Source of the DNA: Candidatus Eiseniibacteriota bacterium
GTDB taxonomy: Bacteria; Eisenbacteria; RBG-16-71-46
DNA length: 64,000 bases
Direction: 5' to 3'
NCBI GenBank assembly: GCA_963717935.1
Contig: CAVQXP010000001.1
Span: forward strand, 160,001 to 224,000
In this document: piece by piece, positions 34,946 through 45,209 of the stretch
How the letters are laid out: every line of letters begins with the position of its first letter
How positions within the stretch are numbered: the first letter of the stretch is position 1
Notes under the pieces: model-generated
What the model saw: the letters and a program-made list of their open reading frames with translations, nothing else
Told to the model about the DNA's origin: nothing
The model's database searches: none
Translations under genes and position numbers: made by a program

Positions 34946-35858
34946 TCAGGCGGCCACGCCTGCCCGCCCGAGCAGATGCCTGAGCGCACCCTCGAGCCCG
35001 GGGAAGCGGAATGCGTGCCCGGCGGCTTGCAGCCGCCCGGGTGTGACGCGCGCGCTCGCGAGCAGTGCCCCATCTGCCATCTCGCCGAAGAGAGCGCGCA
35101 GCGCGAGCGCGGGCACGGACACGAGCGCCGGGCGACCGAGCACGCGGCCAAGCGTCCGGGTGAAGGTGCGGTTCGTCTCCACACCGGGCGCGACCACGTT
35201 GACGGGCCCCGCGAGGCCCTCGTCGGCGAGCGTGCGCTCCAGGACGGCGATCACGTCCTCGAGGACCACCCAGCTCCACCACGCGCGCCCGTCCCCGAGC
35301 GGCCCACCCAGGCCGAGGCGGAACGGGGGCAGCAGGCGGGCGAGGGCCCCTCCCCGGGTCGTCAGGACGAGCCCCAGACGCGGGTGCACGACGCGGATGC
35401 CGCAGGCGGCAGCCGGCGCCGCGGCCTCCTCCCATGCGCGGCACACCTCGGGCAGGAAGCCCACGCCCGGCGGGCTCGCCTCGTCGAGCACCTCGTCGCC
35501 GCGGTCGCCGTAGAAACCGATCGCCGAGACCGAGACGAGCACGCGGGGCCGCCGCTCGAGGCCCGCAAGGCGCTCAACCAGCAGCCGGGTCCCGGCCACG
35601 CGGCTCTCGCGGATGAGCGCCTTGCGCGCCGGCGTCCAGCGCGCCGCGATGGGCTCGCCCGCGAGGTGCACGACCGCGTCGAAGCCCTCGATCGCGCGCG
35701 CTTCGAGCCTGCCACCCGCCGGGTCCCAGGCGACCTCGTCCGGGCCCCGTCGCGTGCCGCGTGAGGATGCTGGTCTCGTGGCCCCGGGCACGGAGCCGGG
35801 GCAGGAGCGCGGAGCCGATCAGGCCCCGCGCCCCGCTGACCAGCACGCGCAGGGGCAT
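34946..35858 (-). CDS. TIGR01777 family NAD-dependent epimerase/SDR (frameshift near 35750)
   Basis: VSGARGLIGSAL, VVHLAGEPI, ESRVAGT, SAIGFYG, GLGGPLGDG. Confidence 0.9.
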
Positions 35859-35936
35859 CAGCCAGCCCTGGCGCGCCGGAGCCGGCTCCGGCGCCGGCTC
35901 CGACCCGTTCTCCGTACGTCAGCCATGCCGGCCGCC

Positions 35937-36701
35937 CTACGCGGACTTCTTGTCCATCGAGGCCATGAAGACCTTGAGGAAGTCGATCGGCACCGGGAAG
36001 ATCGTGGTCGAGTTGTTCTCGGTCGCGATCGCCGCCAGCGTCTGCAGGTAGCGCAGCTGCAGCGCGGTCGGCTCCTTCGCCATCACGGTCGCCGCCTCGG
36101 TCAGCCGGGTGGCCGCCTGGTACTCGCCCTCGGCGTTGATGACCTTGGCGCGGCGCTCGCGCTCGGCCTCGGCCTGGCGCGCGATGGCGCGCTGCATCTC
36201 CTGCGGCAGGTCCACGTTCTTGACCTCGACCGTGGTGACCTTGACGCCCCAGGGCTCGGTCTGGCGGTCGATGACCTGCTGGAGCGCCGAGTTCAGCTTG
36301 TCGCGCTCGGAGAGCAGCTCGTCCAGCTCGGCCTGACCCAGGATCGAGCGCAGCGTGGTCTGGGCGATCTGCGAGGTGGCGTACAGGTAGTTCTCCACCT
36401 GCACCACCGCCTGCCTCGGGTCGATGACGCGGAAGTAGATCACGGCGTTCACCTTCACCGTGACGTTGTCCTTGGTGATGATGTCCTGCGACGGGACGTC
36501 CATCGTCACCGTGCGCAGGCCGACCTTGACGGGCCGGTCGATGAGCGGCCAGAGCAGCACCAGGCCGGGGCCCTTCTCGCCGATCAGCCGGCCCAGGCGG
36601 AACACGACCAGACGCTCGTACTCGCGCACGACACGGACCGCGTTCGCCAGGATGACGATCCCGAGGAACAGCAGGAACAGAAGGAAAGGTGCGAGAACCA
36701 T
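35937..36701 (-). CDS. Slipin/stomatin (SPFH) family protein
   Basis: [51 protein letters not shown]. Confidence 0.93.
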   Translation of the reverse strand: MVLAPFLLFLLFLGIVILANAVRVVREYERLVVFRLGRLIGEKGPGLVLLWPLIDRPVKVGLRTVTMDVPSQDIITKDNVTVKVNAVIYFRVIDPRQAVVQVENYLYATSQIAQTTLRSILGQAELDELLSERDKLNSALQQVIDRQTEPWGVKVTTVEVKNVDLPQEMQRAIARQAEAERERRAKVINAEGEYQAATRLTEAATVMAKEPTALQLRYLQTLAAIATENNSTTIFPVPIDFLKVFMASMDKKSA

Positions 36702-36703
36702 GT

Positions 36704-38148
36704 TCAGGCCTCCTTGGAGGGGCGCACGCGGAGGGTGAGCCCCTCGACGCCCGTGATGACCACTTCCGAACCCGTCTCCACGTTCGATTCGCTGCGTCGC
36801 ATTCCACAGCTCGCCGCTGATGCGCACCTGGCCTGCGGGCGCCAGACGGGCCACCACCACGGCCCGCATGCCCACCAGTCCCTTGCTTCCGGTCTCGACC
36901 CGGAGCCGCTGCGCGCGCAGGCCCTTGCCCACGATGAAGAGGAAGAAGACCGCCGTCGCGCCGGTGGCTCCGGCGATGATGGCCCCGGAGAGCCTCGCGC
37001 CCTCCCCGTGGAAGAGGATCATCGAGCCCAGCACGAGCGAGATGACGCCCCCGGTCGCGAGCAGACCGTGGCTCGCGACCTTCACCTCGGCGACGAAGAA
37101 CGCGATGGCCAGCACGATGAGCGCGACGCCGGCGTAGTTCACCGGCAAGGTCGAGAGCGCGAAGAAGGCGAGGATCAGGCAGATGCCACCCACCACACCC
37201 GGGCAGGATGGCACCGGGGTTCTGCAACTCGAAGAGCAGCCCGTAGAAGCCGAGCAGCATGAGGATGTAGGCCACGTTGGGGTCCACCAGCACGCCCAGC
37301 AGCTTCTGCCGCAGCCCGGGCTTGAGGGTGTCGCGCGGCAGGCCCGAGAGCGCGAGCGTGGTCTCGAGGCCGAGGCGCGAGACGGCGACGCCATCGGCCT
37401 GTTCGAGCAGTTCGTCCAGCGAGCCGGCGACGAAGTCCACGACCCCGAGGTCCAGCGCCTCGTCCTCGCTCGCTGCCACCGCCCGGCGCACCGCCTCCTC
37501 GGCCCACTGCGCGTTGCGGCCGCGCTGCCGGGCGATGGTGCGCGCGAAGGCGGCCGCGTCGCTGGTGGCCTTGCGCGCCAGCGTCGAGTCCATGCCGCCC
37601 TGCACGTTCACGGGCGTGGCCGCGCCGATGTTCGTGCCCTGCGCCATCCCCGCCACGTCGGCCGCCATGACGATGAACACGCCGGCCGAGGCCGCCCGTG
37701 CGCCCGCGGGCGAGACGTAGGCGATGATCGGCACCTCCGAGACGAGCATCCTCTTGACCATGGCGCGCATGCTCGACTCGAGCCCCCCGGGGGTGTCGAG
37801 TTCGATCACCAGCGCCTTGTAGCCCTCGCGCTCGGCGCGGTCCACGGCGGTGCCCAGCGCCTCGGCCGAGACCGGCGAGATCGCGCCCTCGAGGCGCAGG
37901 ACGAGGATGCGTCCCGTCGTCGGCGTCTTCGCCAGGCGCTCCTGCCGGCGCGCCTCCACGGACGGGCTCTGCGCCGCGCGCGCGCGGGGCGCGCTGGCGA
38001 GCAGCAGACCCACTGCGGCGAACAGGACCAGCAGGACGCTGAGCGCACCCAGGACCAGGGGTGCCAGGGGTGCGCTGCGCCGGCGCGACCGGCGCAGCAC
38101 GCGGGCCGCCCGCGTGAAGGCCCGCACGCCGCGGGATCCGCTCTTCAT
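36704..38148 (-). CDS. nfeD: NfeD family membrane-bound serine protease (frameshifted)
   Basis: [53 protein letters not shown]; adjacent to slipin. Confidence 0.88.
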
Positions 38149-39369
38149 GAAGCCTCCTCCCCCGGGCGCCGCGCCAGCGCCGCGCGCCACGCCTCGGGAT
38201 ACTTGAGTCCACTGCCGGTGTCGTAGATCACGACGCGCGCCTGTGGCCCCACCTCGCCGCTCGCCCGCAACCGCCGCAGCGCCGCGAGCGTCGCGCCGCC
38301 CTCGGGGCAGGCGAAACAACCCTCCCGTGCCGCCAGGTCGAGCATGCCGTCCAGCATCTCCTCCTCGCTCACGGCCACGCGCCGCGCCCTTGGATTCGCG
38401 CAGCGCGCGAAGGATGAGCCGGTCGGCGAACGGCGCGGGCACCCGCAGCCCGCTCGCCATCGTGAGCGCGTCCGGCCAGGGTTCGACCCGGTCGAGCGCC
38501 CTGCTCGAAGGCGCGCACGACCGGCGCGCAGCCCCGCGTCTGCACGGCCACCAGCCGGGGCAGCGGGTCCGCCGTCCAGCCCAGATCCTGTCAACTCGAG
38601 AAAGGCCCGCCACATCCCGACCAGGCCGGTGCCCCCGCCCGTAGGATAGAGAATCACGTCCGGCAGGCGCCACCCCGATTGCTCGGCGATTTCGTAGCCC
38701 AGCGTCTTCTTGCCTTCGAGCCGGAAGGGCTCCTTGAACGTGGCCACGTTCCACCACTCCGGCACGGGCGCCCACGAGGCCAGGGCCTTGCCCGCGTCGG
38801 AGAGGGTGCCGGGCACCAACCGGACCTCGGCGCCGAAGGCCCGCTGCTCGAGCACGAACGCTTCGGGCGTATCCGCGGGGACGGTGATGCGGCACCGCAG
38901 ACCCGCGGCAGCGGCGTAGGCAGCCGCCGCGCTGCCGGCGTTGCCCGCGGAGGGGAGCGCGACGGCCCGCTTGCCGAAGGCGACCGCACCGTTCACCGCC
39001 AGCGCCAGCCCGCGCGCCTTGAACGACTGCGTCGGGTTCGGCGACTCCTCCTTCAGCCACAACTCGCGGAGCCCCAGTTCCCGCGCGATCCGCGGCAGCG
39101 GCAGAAGCGGCGTGCCGCCCTCTCCCAGGCTTCACGGCCGGGAAGTCGGCGGCGAAGGGCAGCACGGCGCGATAGCGCCACAGGTCCGTGCCGAAGCGGG
39201 CGAGCGATTCGCGCGGGACCTCGCCGCGGACCCGCGCGAGGTCGTAGCGTGCGAGCAACGGCTGGCCACAGACGGGGCAGACGGTGCGCGGCTGGGACAG
39301 GTCGCACGAGCCGCCGCAGGCGGGGCAGTCGAGGGCCTGGAGATTCGGGTTGAAGACCGGGGACACCAT
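38145..39369 (-). CDS. thrC: Threonine synthase family PLP enzyme (frameshifted)
   Basis: N-terminal CxxC..CxxC, LWRYR, EGGTPL, NPTQSFKARG, SAGNAG, EGKKT, YPTGGGTG, CPEGGA, TGSGLKY. Confidence 0.88.
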
Positions 39370-39473
39370 GAGTGCGCGAATCAAGCGCCCTTTGACGCGT
39401 CGCGTCAAGCGGGCCCGGGTGACAGGAACCGCGGCCGCGCCCGGACGGGCGCCGCGCAGCTAGCCTGGACCGC

Positions 39474-40433
39474 TCATGACCCGCGCCGCGTGCGCGTCTC
39501 GGTGTGCTGCTCCTCGGCCTCGAGCTCCTCGCGCAGCCGGAGGAACGACTCGAAGCGCAGGCGTGAGACGTGCCCGGCCTCGACCGCCTCGCGCAGCGCG
39601 CAGCCGGGCTCGGTGGCGTGGCCGCAGTCGGTGAACCGGCACTGGCCGAGGAAGCGCCGGAACTCGACATAGGCCTGCTCGAGGTCACGCGAACCGACGC
39701 CCCAGAGCCCGAAGGCGCGCACCCCGGGCGTGTCGATCAACTCGAGGTCGGGGGCCGGGCGGACCAGTACCGCCGCGGTCGTGGTGTGGCGCCCCTTGCC
39801 CGTCTTCTCGTTGACCAGGCCCACGAGCAGGTCCAGCGCGGGGACCAGGGCATTGAGCAGCGTGCTCTTCCCCACGCCCGAGTGCCCGACGAAGAGCGAG
39901 CGCCGCCCGTGCAGGGCATGGCGCAGCGCCTCCACGCCCTCGCCGCGCGGCGCGCACACCGCGTGGCAGGGCACACCGGCGCGTTCGTACTCGTGCAGCA
40001 GGGCGCGCGCCTGGCCCGGGGGGCCCAGGTCGGTCTTGTTCAGCACCAGCCGTGCGGGGATGCCGGCGTGCTCGGCCTGCGCCAGCACGCGGTCGGCGAG
40101 TCCGGGCGTGAACTCGGGCTGCGCCAGCGACGTGACCAGCACGACCTGGTCGAGGTTCGCGGCCACCACCTGCTCGAGGGCCTGCTCGCCCGCGGCGCGG
40201 CGCGAGAACACGTTGCGCCGGGGCTGGACCTGGTCCACCACAGCCCGGTCCGGCCCGGCTTCGAGCCGCACGACGTCGCCCACCACGACGGCGTTGCCGA
40301 GCGCCTTCCTGCGCCCCATGACCCGCCCGCGCACGCTGGCCGTGAAGAGCGTGCCGTCCTCCGCGAACAGCACGCAGGCCCCGAAGTCCACGCGCGCCAC
40401 CAGCGCCCAGCCCACCTCAGGGATCAGCCCCAA
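39474..40433 (-). CDS. rsgA: Ribosome small subunit-dependent GTPase A (start approximate)
   Basis: Permuted GTPase: NKTD, GHSGVGKST, GRHTTT, DTPG; zinc site CRFTDCGH..EPGC. Confidence 0.93.
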   Translation of the reverse strand: MGLIPEVGWALVARVDFGACVLFAEDGTLFTASVRGRVMGRRKALGNAVVVGDVVRLEAGPDRAVVDQVQPRRNVFSRRAAGEQALEQVVAANLDQVVLVTSLAQPEFTPGLADRVLAQAEHAGIPARLVLNKTDLGPPGQARALLHEYERAGVPCHAVCAPRGEGVEALRHALHGRRSLFVGHSGVGKSTLLNALVPALDLLVGLVNEKTGKGRHTTTAAVLVRPAPDLELIDTPGVRAFGLWGVGSRDLEQAYVEFRRFLGQCRFTDCGHATEPGCALREAVEAGHVSRLRFESFLRLREELEAEEQHTETRTRRGS

Positions 40434-41860
40434 CCTCCCGACCCGTTCACGGGCAGCGTGACGGTGAAGCACGCCCCCTGCCCCGGCGGGCTCTCGGCGG
40501 TGATGCGTCCGCCGTGACTCGCGATGATGCGGTACGAGGTCGAGAGCCCGAAGCCGTGCCCTTCGGGCTTGGTCGTGAAGTGCGGCTCGAACACGCGGTT
40601 GAGGTTCGAGGCCGCGATGCCGGTACCGGTGTCGGTGACCACGATCCGCACCAGCCGTGCGCGCTCGTCGACCGAGCTCGTCACCCCGATGACCTTGCGC
40701 GCCGAGGGTCTGTCCTTCATGGCGTCGGCGGCGTTCACGAACAGGTTCAGCAGCACCTGCTGGAGTTGCCCCGGGTCACCGCGCAGCTCCGGCACCTGCT
40801 CGGCCAGCCGCAGGTCCCACTCCACGCCGTCGAAGCGGTTCTGGGTGCGCACGAACTCGATCGAGCGCCGGACCAGGGAGTTCAGGTCCACGCGCTGCAC
40901 GTTCAGCTCGGCCCGCGAGAAGTCCATCAGCCCCTTGGCCATGACCTCCATGCGCCGGGACTGCTCGATGATGATGCGACCGCGGCGTTCGACGTGCTCG
41001 AAGACCTTGCGCTCGGCGTCCTTCAGGAGCATCTGGGCGTGGCCGCTGATGGCGGCGAGCTGGGTGCGCAGCTCGTGGCCGATCTCCGCCGCCATCTCGC
41101 CCTTCGCCGCCAGGCGCTCGGTGTGGACGATCTGGCGCTGCGCCTTCTGGAGTTCGACGTAGCGCCGGCCCGACTCGTAGATGATGAAGAGCGGCGCGTA
41201 GAACAGCACCACCCCGACGTAGCCGATGGCGCGGTAGGAGATCACCATCAGGGGCGCGAGCAGGAACGCCGCGCCGTCCTCGAGCAGCCGCTCGGCGTAG
41301 AACCAGTCCTCGCGCAGCACCCGCAGGTAGGGCCGATCGGTGGACCAGGCCACCGCCACCGCCACGAACGCGCGGTTCACGAGCAGGAAGGCGGCGAACA
41401 AGCCGAGGATCGCGGGCGCCAGCCCCAGCGCCACCCACTGCCCGGCCTGCACGTCCCCCGTCTGCAGCGCGTGCAGTCCACCGGCCGGGCCTCCCAGCAC
41501 GGTGAAGGCCCAGCCCGCGACCCACATCGTGATCGCCATCTGCCCGCCGTTGAACCAGGCGCGCGTCCAGGGCTTGCGCAGCACCAGCAACTCCGCCACC
41601 ACCGTACCGAGCGCGGCGATCCACATCGCGGGCGAGCGGCCCCAGAGCATGCACGCGGCGAGCGTGGCGCTCGAGGAGAGGCTCCAGGTGGACTCGCCCG
41701 AGACGGTGCTCAGCCACAGGCTCTCGGAGAGCACGAAGACCAGGACCCAGGCCACGTAGTGACCCCACTGCGACTCGAACTCGTGCGGCACGTTGAAGCC
41801 GAGCAGCAGGGCCGCGGAGAGGCCGACCGAGACGACGTAGATCGCGAGTCTCCGGCTCAC
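40424..41860 (-). CDS. Membrane sensor histidine kinase
   Basis: Multi-TM N-terminus; ERLAAKGEMAAEIGHELR H-box, NLFVNAADA, DTGTGI, FEPHFTTK, GFGL. Confidence 0.9.
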   Translation of the reverse strand: MSRRLAIYVVSVGLSAALLLGFNVPHEFESQWGHYVAWVLVFVLSESLWLSTVSGESTWSLSSSATLAACMLWGRSPAMWIAALGTVVAELLVLRKPWTRAWFNGGQMAITMWVAGWAFTVLGGPAGGLHALQTGDVQAGQWVALGLAPAILGLFAAFLLVNRAFVAVAVAWSTDRPYLRVLREDWFYAERLLEDGAAFLLAPLMVISYRAIGYVGVVLFYAPLFIIYESGRRYVELQKAQRQIVHTERLAAKGEMAAEIGHELRTQLAAISGHAQMLLKDAERKVFEHVERRGRIIIEQSRRMEVMAKGLMDFSRAELNVQRVDLNSLVRRSIEFVRTQNRFDGVEWDLRLAEQVPELRGDPGQLQQVLLNLFVNAADAMKDRPSARKVIGVTSSVDERARLVRIVVTDTGTGIAASNLNRVFEPHFTTKPEGHGFGLSTSYRIIASHGGRITAESPPGQGACFTVTLPVNGSGGWG

Positions 41861-42891
41861 GGCACCCCGCCTTCCCGCCGCGCCGGCCCGACCCCGAGAC
41901 CGGGCCGCTCCGAGAGCGCGATCACGCCCCGCTCGAGCGGCGCGCCGACGAAGGGATCGTCCGCCAGCAGCCAGTGCCCGTCCAGGTCCAGGTAGTCGGC
42001 CAGCGGGGCGAGCTGCGCCGCCGCCGAGAGGGCGAGACTCGACTCGACCATCGAGCCCAGCATGACCTTGAGTCCCAGCGCGCGCGCCGCGTGGATCATG
42101 CGCAGCATCTCGCGCAGACCACCCGTCTTCATGAGCTTGAGGTTCACGCCGTCCACGCACCCGGCCAGGTTGCCGAGGTCCCGCAGGTGGTGCGCGCTCT
42201 CGTCGGCGAAGACCGGGATGCCGCTGCGCTCGCGCACCCAGCGCAGGCCCGCGATGTCCTCGCGCGGCACCGGCTGCTCGACCAGCTCGATGCCGAGCGG
42301 CTCGATCTCCCGCAGCACGCGCACGGCGTCGGCCGGGCTCCACGCGGTGTTGGCGTCCACCTGAAGCCTTCCGGTGTAGCGCCGCCGGATCCGGCGCAGG
42401 TTCTCCACGTCGCCGGGCGCGCCCAGCTTCACCTTGACGAGCGGGAAGTCGAGCACGGCCTCGAGCTTCTCTTCCATCTCGGCGGGCGGGGCCATGCCCA
42501 GCGTCACGCAGGAGCGCGGCGCGGCCGCCGCGTCGAGCCCCAGCAGTCGCCACACCGGGAGCCCCAGCTTCCGGCCGATCCAGTCGTGCAGCGCCATGTC
42601 GAGCGCGGCTCGCGCCGCCCACTGCCCCTCGAGCACCGCGTCGAGCCGCGCCCCGAGCGCCTCGAGCGCGAACGGGTCCTCGCCCAGGTGCGGCGCCCAC
42701 GCGTCGAGCGCGGCGCCGGCCAGGGCCCGGCTCTCGCCGTAGTAGCGCGAGGGCGCGGCCTCGCCGAGGCCCTCGAGTCCCTCGTGCTCGATCCGCACCA
42801 GCAGGTTCTCGTGGCACCTGCGTCCGCCCGTCGAGGAGATGCGGAACTCGTAGGTGGTGGCCAGGTCGAGGGGCTCATGCCGCAGGCGCAT
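41857..42891 (-). CDS. Dipeptide epimerase (L-Ala-D/L-Glu epimerase-like, enolase superfamily)
   Basis: GLGEAAP, KVKLG, VDANTAW, VEQP, ADES, NLKLMKTGG, DLDG. Confidence 0.9.
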   Translation of the reverse strand: MRLRHEPLDLATTYEFRISSTGGRRCHENLLVRIEHEGLEGLGEAAPSRYYGESRALAGAALDAWAPHLGEDPFALEALGARLDAVLEGQWAARAALDMALHDWIGRKLGLPVWRLLGLDAAAAPRSCVTLGMAPPAEMEEKLEAVLDFPLVKVKLGAPGDVENLRRIRRRYTGRLQVDANTAWSPADAVRVLREIEPLGIELVEQPVPREDIAGLRWVRERSGIPVFADESAHHLRDLGNLAGCVDGVNLKLMKTGGLREMLRMIHAARALGLKVMLGSMVESSLALSAAAQLAPLADYLDLDGHWLLADDPFVGAPLERGVIALSERPGLGVGPARREGGVP

Positions 42892-43219
42892 GGTCCCTCC
42901 GGAAGGCCGCGAGGCCCGCGCCCCGCACGGCCTCGAGCACGCACGCGCGCCACGCCGCGGGCAGCTCGCCACCCTGCGGCGCGACGCCGATGCCCCGACG
43001 GTCAGCCCCGGCCACCGCGGCCGCGGCAACATCACCCACCACCAGGCTGGTCCCTCCCACACCCGCGCGCACGGTGGCCGTCCGTCCCGGTCGGGCCGCA
43101 CCGATCACCGCCGCCGCCTCCCCGGGCCGGTGACGCAGCACGCTCCCGGCGGTCTTTGCGTCCGACGGCATCAACCGGCCTCCGGCAAGGAACTCGAGCC
43201 TGCGCGGTCGTTCGAACAT
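42875..43219 (-). pseudogene. Truncated, degenerate DUF1611 (N-terminal domain only)
   Basis: AKTAGSVLRH..AAVIG..GIGVAPQGGELPAAWRACVLEAV resembles the DUF1611 N-terminus; C-terminal domain absent; usual neighbour (dipeptide epimerase) follows. Confidence 0.6.
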
Positions 43220-43222
43220 GCC

Positions 43223-44443
43223 TCAGCGCAGCGAGTCGTAGACCTGGATGTAGCGGTCCACCATGTCGTCCACGTCAAAGCGCTCGCGCGCGATGCGACG
43301 GGCGCGGCGGCCCATGGCACGGCGCAGCCTTTCGTCGGTGAGCAACTCGAGCACGGACCCGACGTGACTCGGGACGTCCGTTGCTTCGTGCAGGAATCCG
43401 GTCACACCGTCTTCCACGACCTCGGGCAGACCCCCGACATTGGAAGCCACGACCGGGACCTCGGCGCTCATGGCTTCGAGGGCCACGAGGCCGAAGCTCT
43501 CGCTCGAGCTGGGCAATAGGAAGACATCGGCAAGCGGGAGCAATTCCTCCATGCAATCCTGGTTTCCCAAGAATAGCACGTCCCGTTCCACGCCCAGCTT
43601 GCGGGCCAGTTGCTCGGCTGCCGGTTTCTCCGGACCGTCACCGATCATGACGAGCTTGGCCGTCAGACGCTTGCGGACCTCAGCGAACACCTGAATCACG
43701 ACCGGGATGTTCTTGACGGGACGGAAGTTGGAGGCGTGCATCAGGACGCGGGCCCCGGGCGGCGCCAGCTTCAGCCCGGTCCGGCAGCGCGGCACGAAGA
43801 TCTCCGAGTCCACGAAGTTGTAGACCACCTCGATGGGCCTCGTGATGCCGAGACGTTCCCGGGCGCTGTCCGCCAGGAAACGGCTCACCGCCGTCACGCG
43901 GTCGCTCGACTGGATGCTGAACTGGGTGACGCGGAAGTACGCCGGATCGATGCCGAGCACCGTGATGTCCGTGCCGTGCAGCGTGGTCACGACGCCCAGC
44001 TGCCGCGGCAGCACCAACTGGCGCGCGAGGTAGGCGCTGGCCGCGAACGGCATGGCGTAGTGCACGTGCAGGAGGTCGAGCCCGTGGTTCTCGACCACCT
44101 CGACCATCTTGGCCGCGAGCGCCAGGTTGTTGGGCGGCTGCTCGAAGACCGGGTAGGTGACGGGCGTGACCTCGTGGAAGAAGATGCTGGACTCGAAGCG
44201 CCGCAGCCGGAACGGCAGCCGGTGAGCGATGAAGTGCACGTCCCAGCCACGCCGCGCGAGCCCCAGCCCCAGCTCGGTCGCCACCACACCGCTGCCCCCG
44301 AAGTGCGAGTAGCACGTGATGCCGATCTTCCGCCGCGCCTGCGGGCGCGGGGCCCTCACGCGTGCCTTCGTGGCTCGGCGGCCCACCGCCACTCCCCCGG
44401 CGCGGCCCTTCCTGCCGGCCCCCCGCCGCTTCGCCGCGCTCAT
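43223..44443 (-). CDS. bshA: N-acetyl-alpha-D-glucosaminyl L-malate synthase
   Basis: KIGITCY..FGGSGVVATELG, LHVHYAMP, TTLHGTDIT, SNFRPVK, ESFGLVALEAM. Confidence 0.95.
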   Translation of the reverse strand: MSAAKRRGAGRKGRAGGVAVGRRATKARVRAPRPQARRKIGITCYSHFGGSGVVATELGLGLARRGWDVHFIAHRLPFRLRRFESSIFFHEVTPVTYPVFEQPPNNLALAAKMVEVVENHGLDLLHVHYAMPFAASAYLARQLVLPRQLGVVTTLHGTDITVLGIDPAYFRVTQFSIQSSDRVTAVSRFLADSARERLGITRPIEVVYNFVDSEIFVPRCRTGLKLAPPGARVLMHASNFRPVKNIPVVIQVFAEVRKRLTAKLVMIGDGPEKPAAEQLARKLGVERDVLFLGNQDCMEELLPLADVFLLPSSSESFGLVALEAMSAEVPVVASNVGGLPEVVEDGVTGFLHEATDVPSHVGSVLELLTDERLRRAMGRRARRIARERFDVDDMVDRYIQVYDSLR

Positions 44444-45207
44444 CGCGCACCTCCTTCGAGTCCCGGCGGCAGCAGGGCCCGCGCGTCGGTGACCGGCACG
44501 GGACCGCGCACGCGGTAGCCCTCACCGTAGCGCGCGCCGATCAGCGAGCCCAGCGAGCGGGCGCGCGCTTCGATCTCCTCGAGGAACCCCGGCTCGGTGA
44601 GGTAGGTCGCCGGCCCGCGCGCCGGGTCGAGCTGGCTCTGGTGCACGCGCACGGCCCGCATGCGGCGCTCCCACGCGGCGCTCACGTCCACCACGAGGTG
44701 CGGCCGCGCCGCGCTGCGGTAGAGCGCGAAAAGCAGGCGCTCGGGACGGTGGCGCGCCAGGCTTCCTGCGGGGGGCTCGCCGGGAGCGTCCTCGACGGAT
44801 CGCGGGCCCGCGTCGAAACGCGCCAGGCCCGCCAGGTAGCAGGCACGCTCGACCAGGCGCGAGGCCTCGACGTGGTCGGGGTGCGCGTCGTCCGGGTCGG
44901 GCGCCACGACCAGCCGCGGCCGGTGCTCGCGCAGACCGGCGACGACCGCGGCCTGCTGCCCGTGGTCGTGGCGGTCGAGGCCGAGGTCCGGCAGGCCCAG
45001 GTTCCCCCGCCAGGCCACGCCCAGCTCGTGCGCCGCGGCGGCGGCCTCGGCGGCACGTTCCTCCACGTCGCCGCGCGTGCCCTTCTCGCCGCGCGTCAGG
45101 TCCGCGATCCCGACCGCGTGACCGTGCGCGGCGAGCAGCGCCGCAAGGCCACCCGAGGAGAGTTCCACGTCGTCCGGATGAGCACCGAAGAACAGGGCGT
45201 CCAGCAT
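44440..45207 (-). CDS. bshB1: Bacillithiol biosynthesis deacetylase
   Basis: GAHPDDVEL, DLTRGEKGTRG, HPDH, HQSQL; lies between bshC and bshA. Confidence 0.92.
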   Translation of the reverse strand: MLDALFFGAHPDDVELSSGGLAALLAAHGHAVGIADLTRGEKGTRGDVEERAAEAAAAAHELGVAWRGNLGLPDLGLDRHDHGQQAAVVAGLREHRPRLVVAPDPDDAHPDHVEASRLVERACYLAGLARFDAGPRSVEDAPGEPPAGSLARHRPERLLFALYRSAARPHLVVDVSAAWERRMRAVRVHQSQLDPARGPATYLTEPGFLEEIEARARSLGSLIGARYGEGYRVRGPVPVTDARALLPPGLEGGAR

Positions 45208-45209
45208 GG

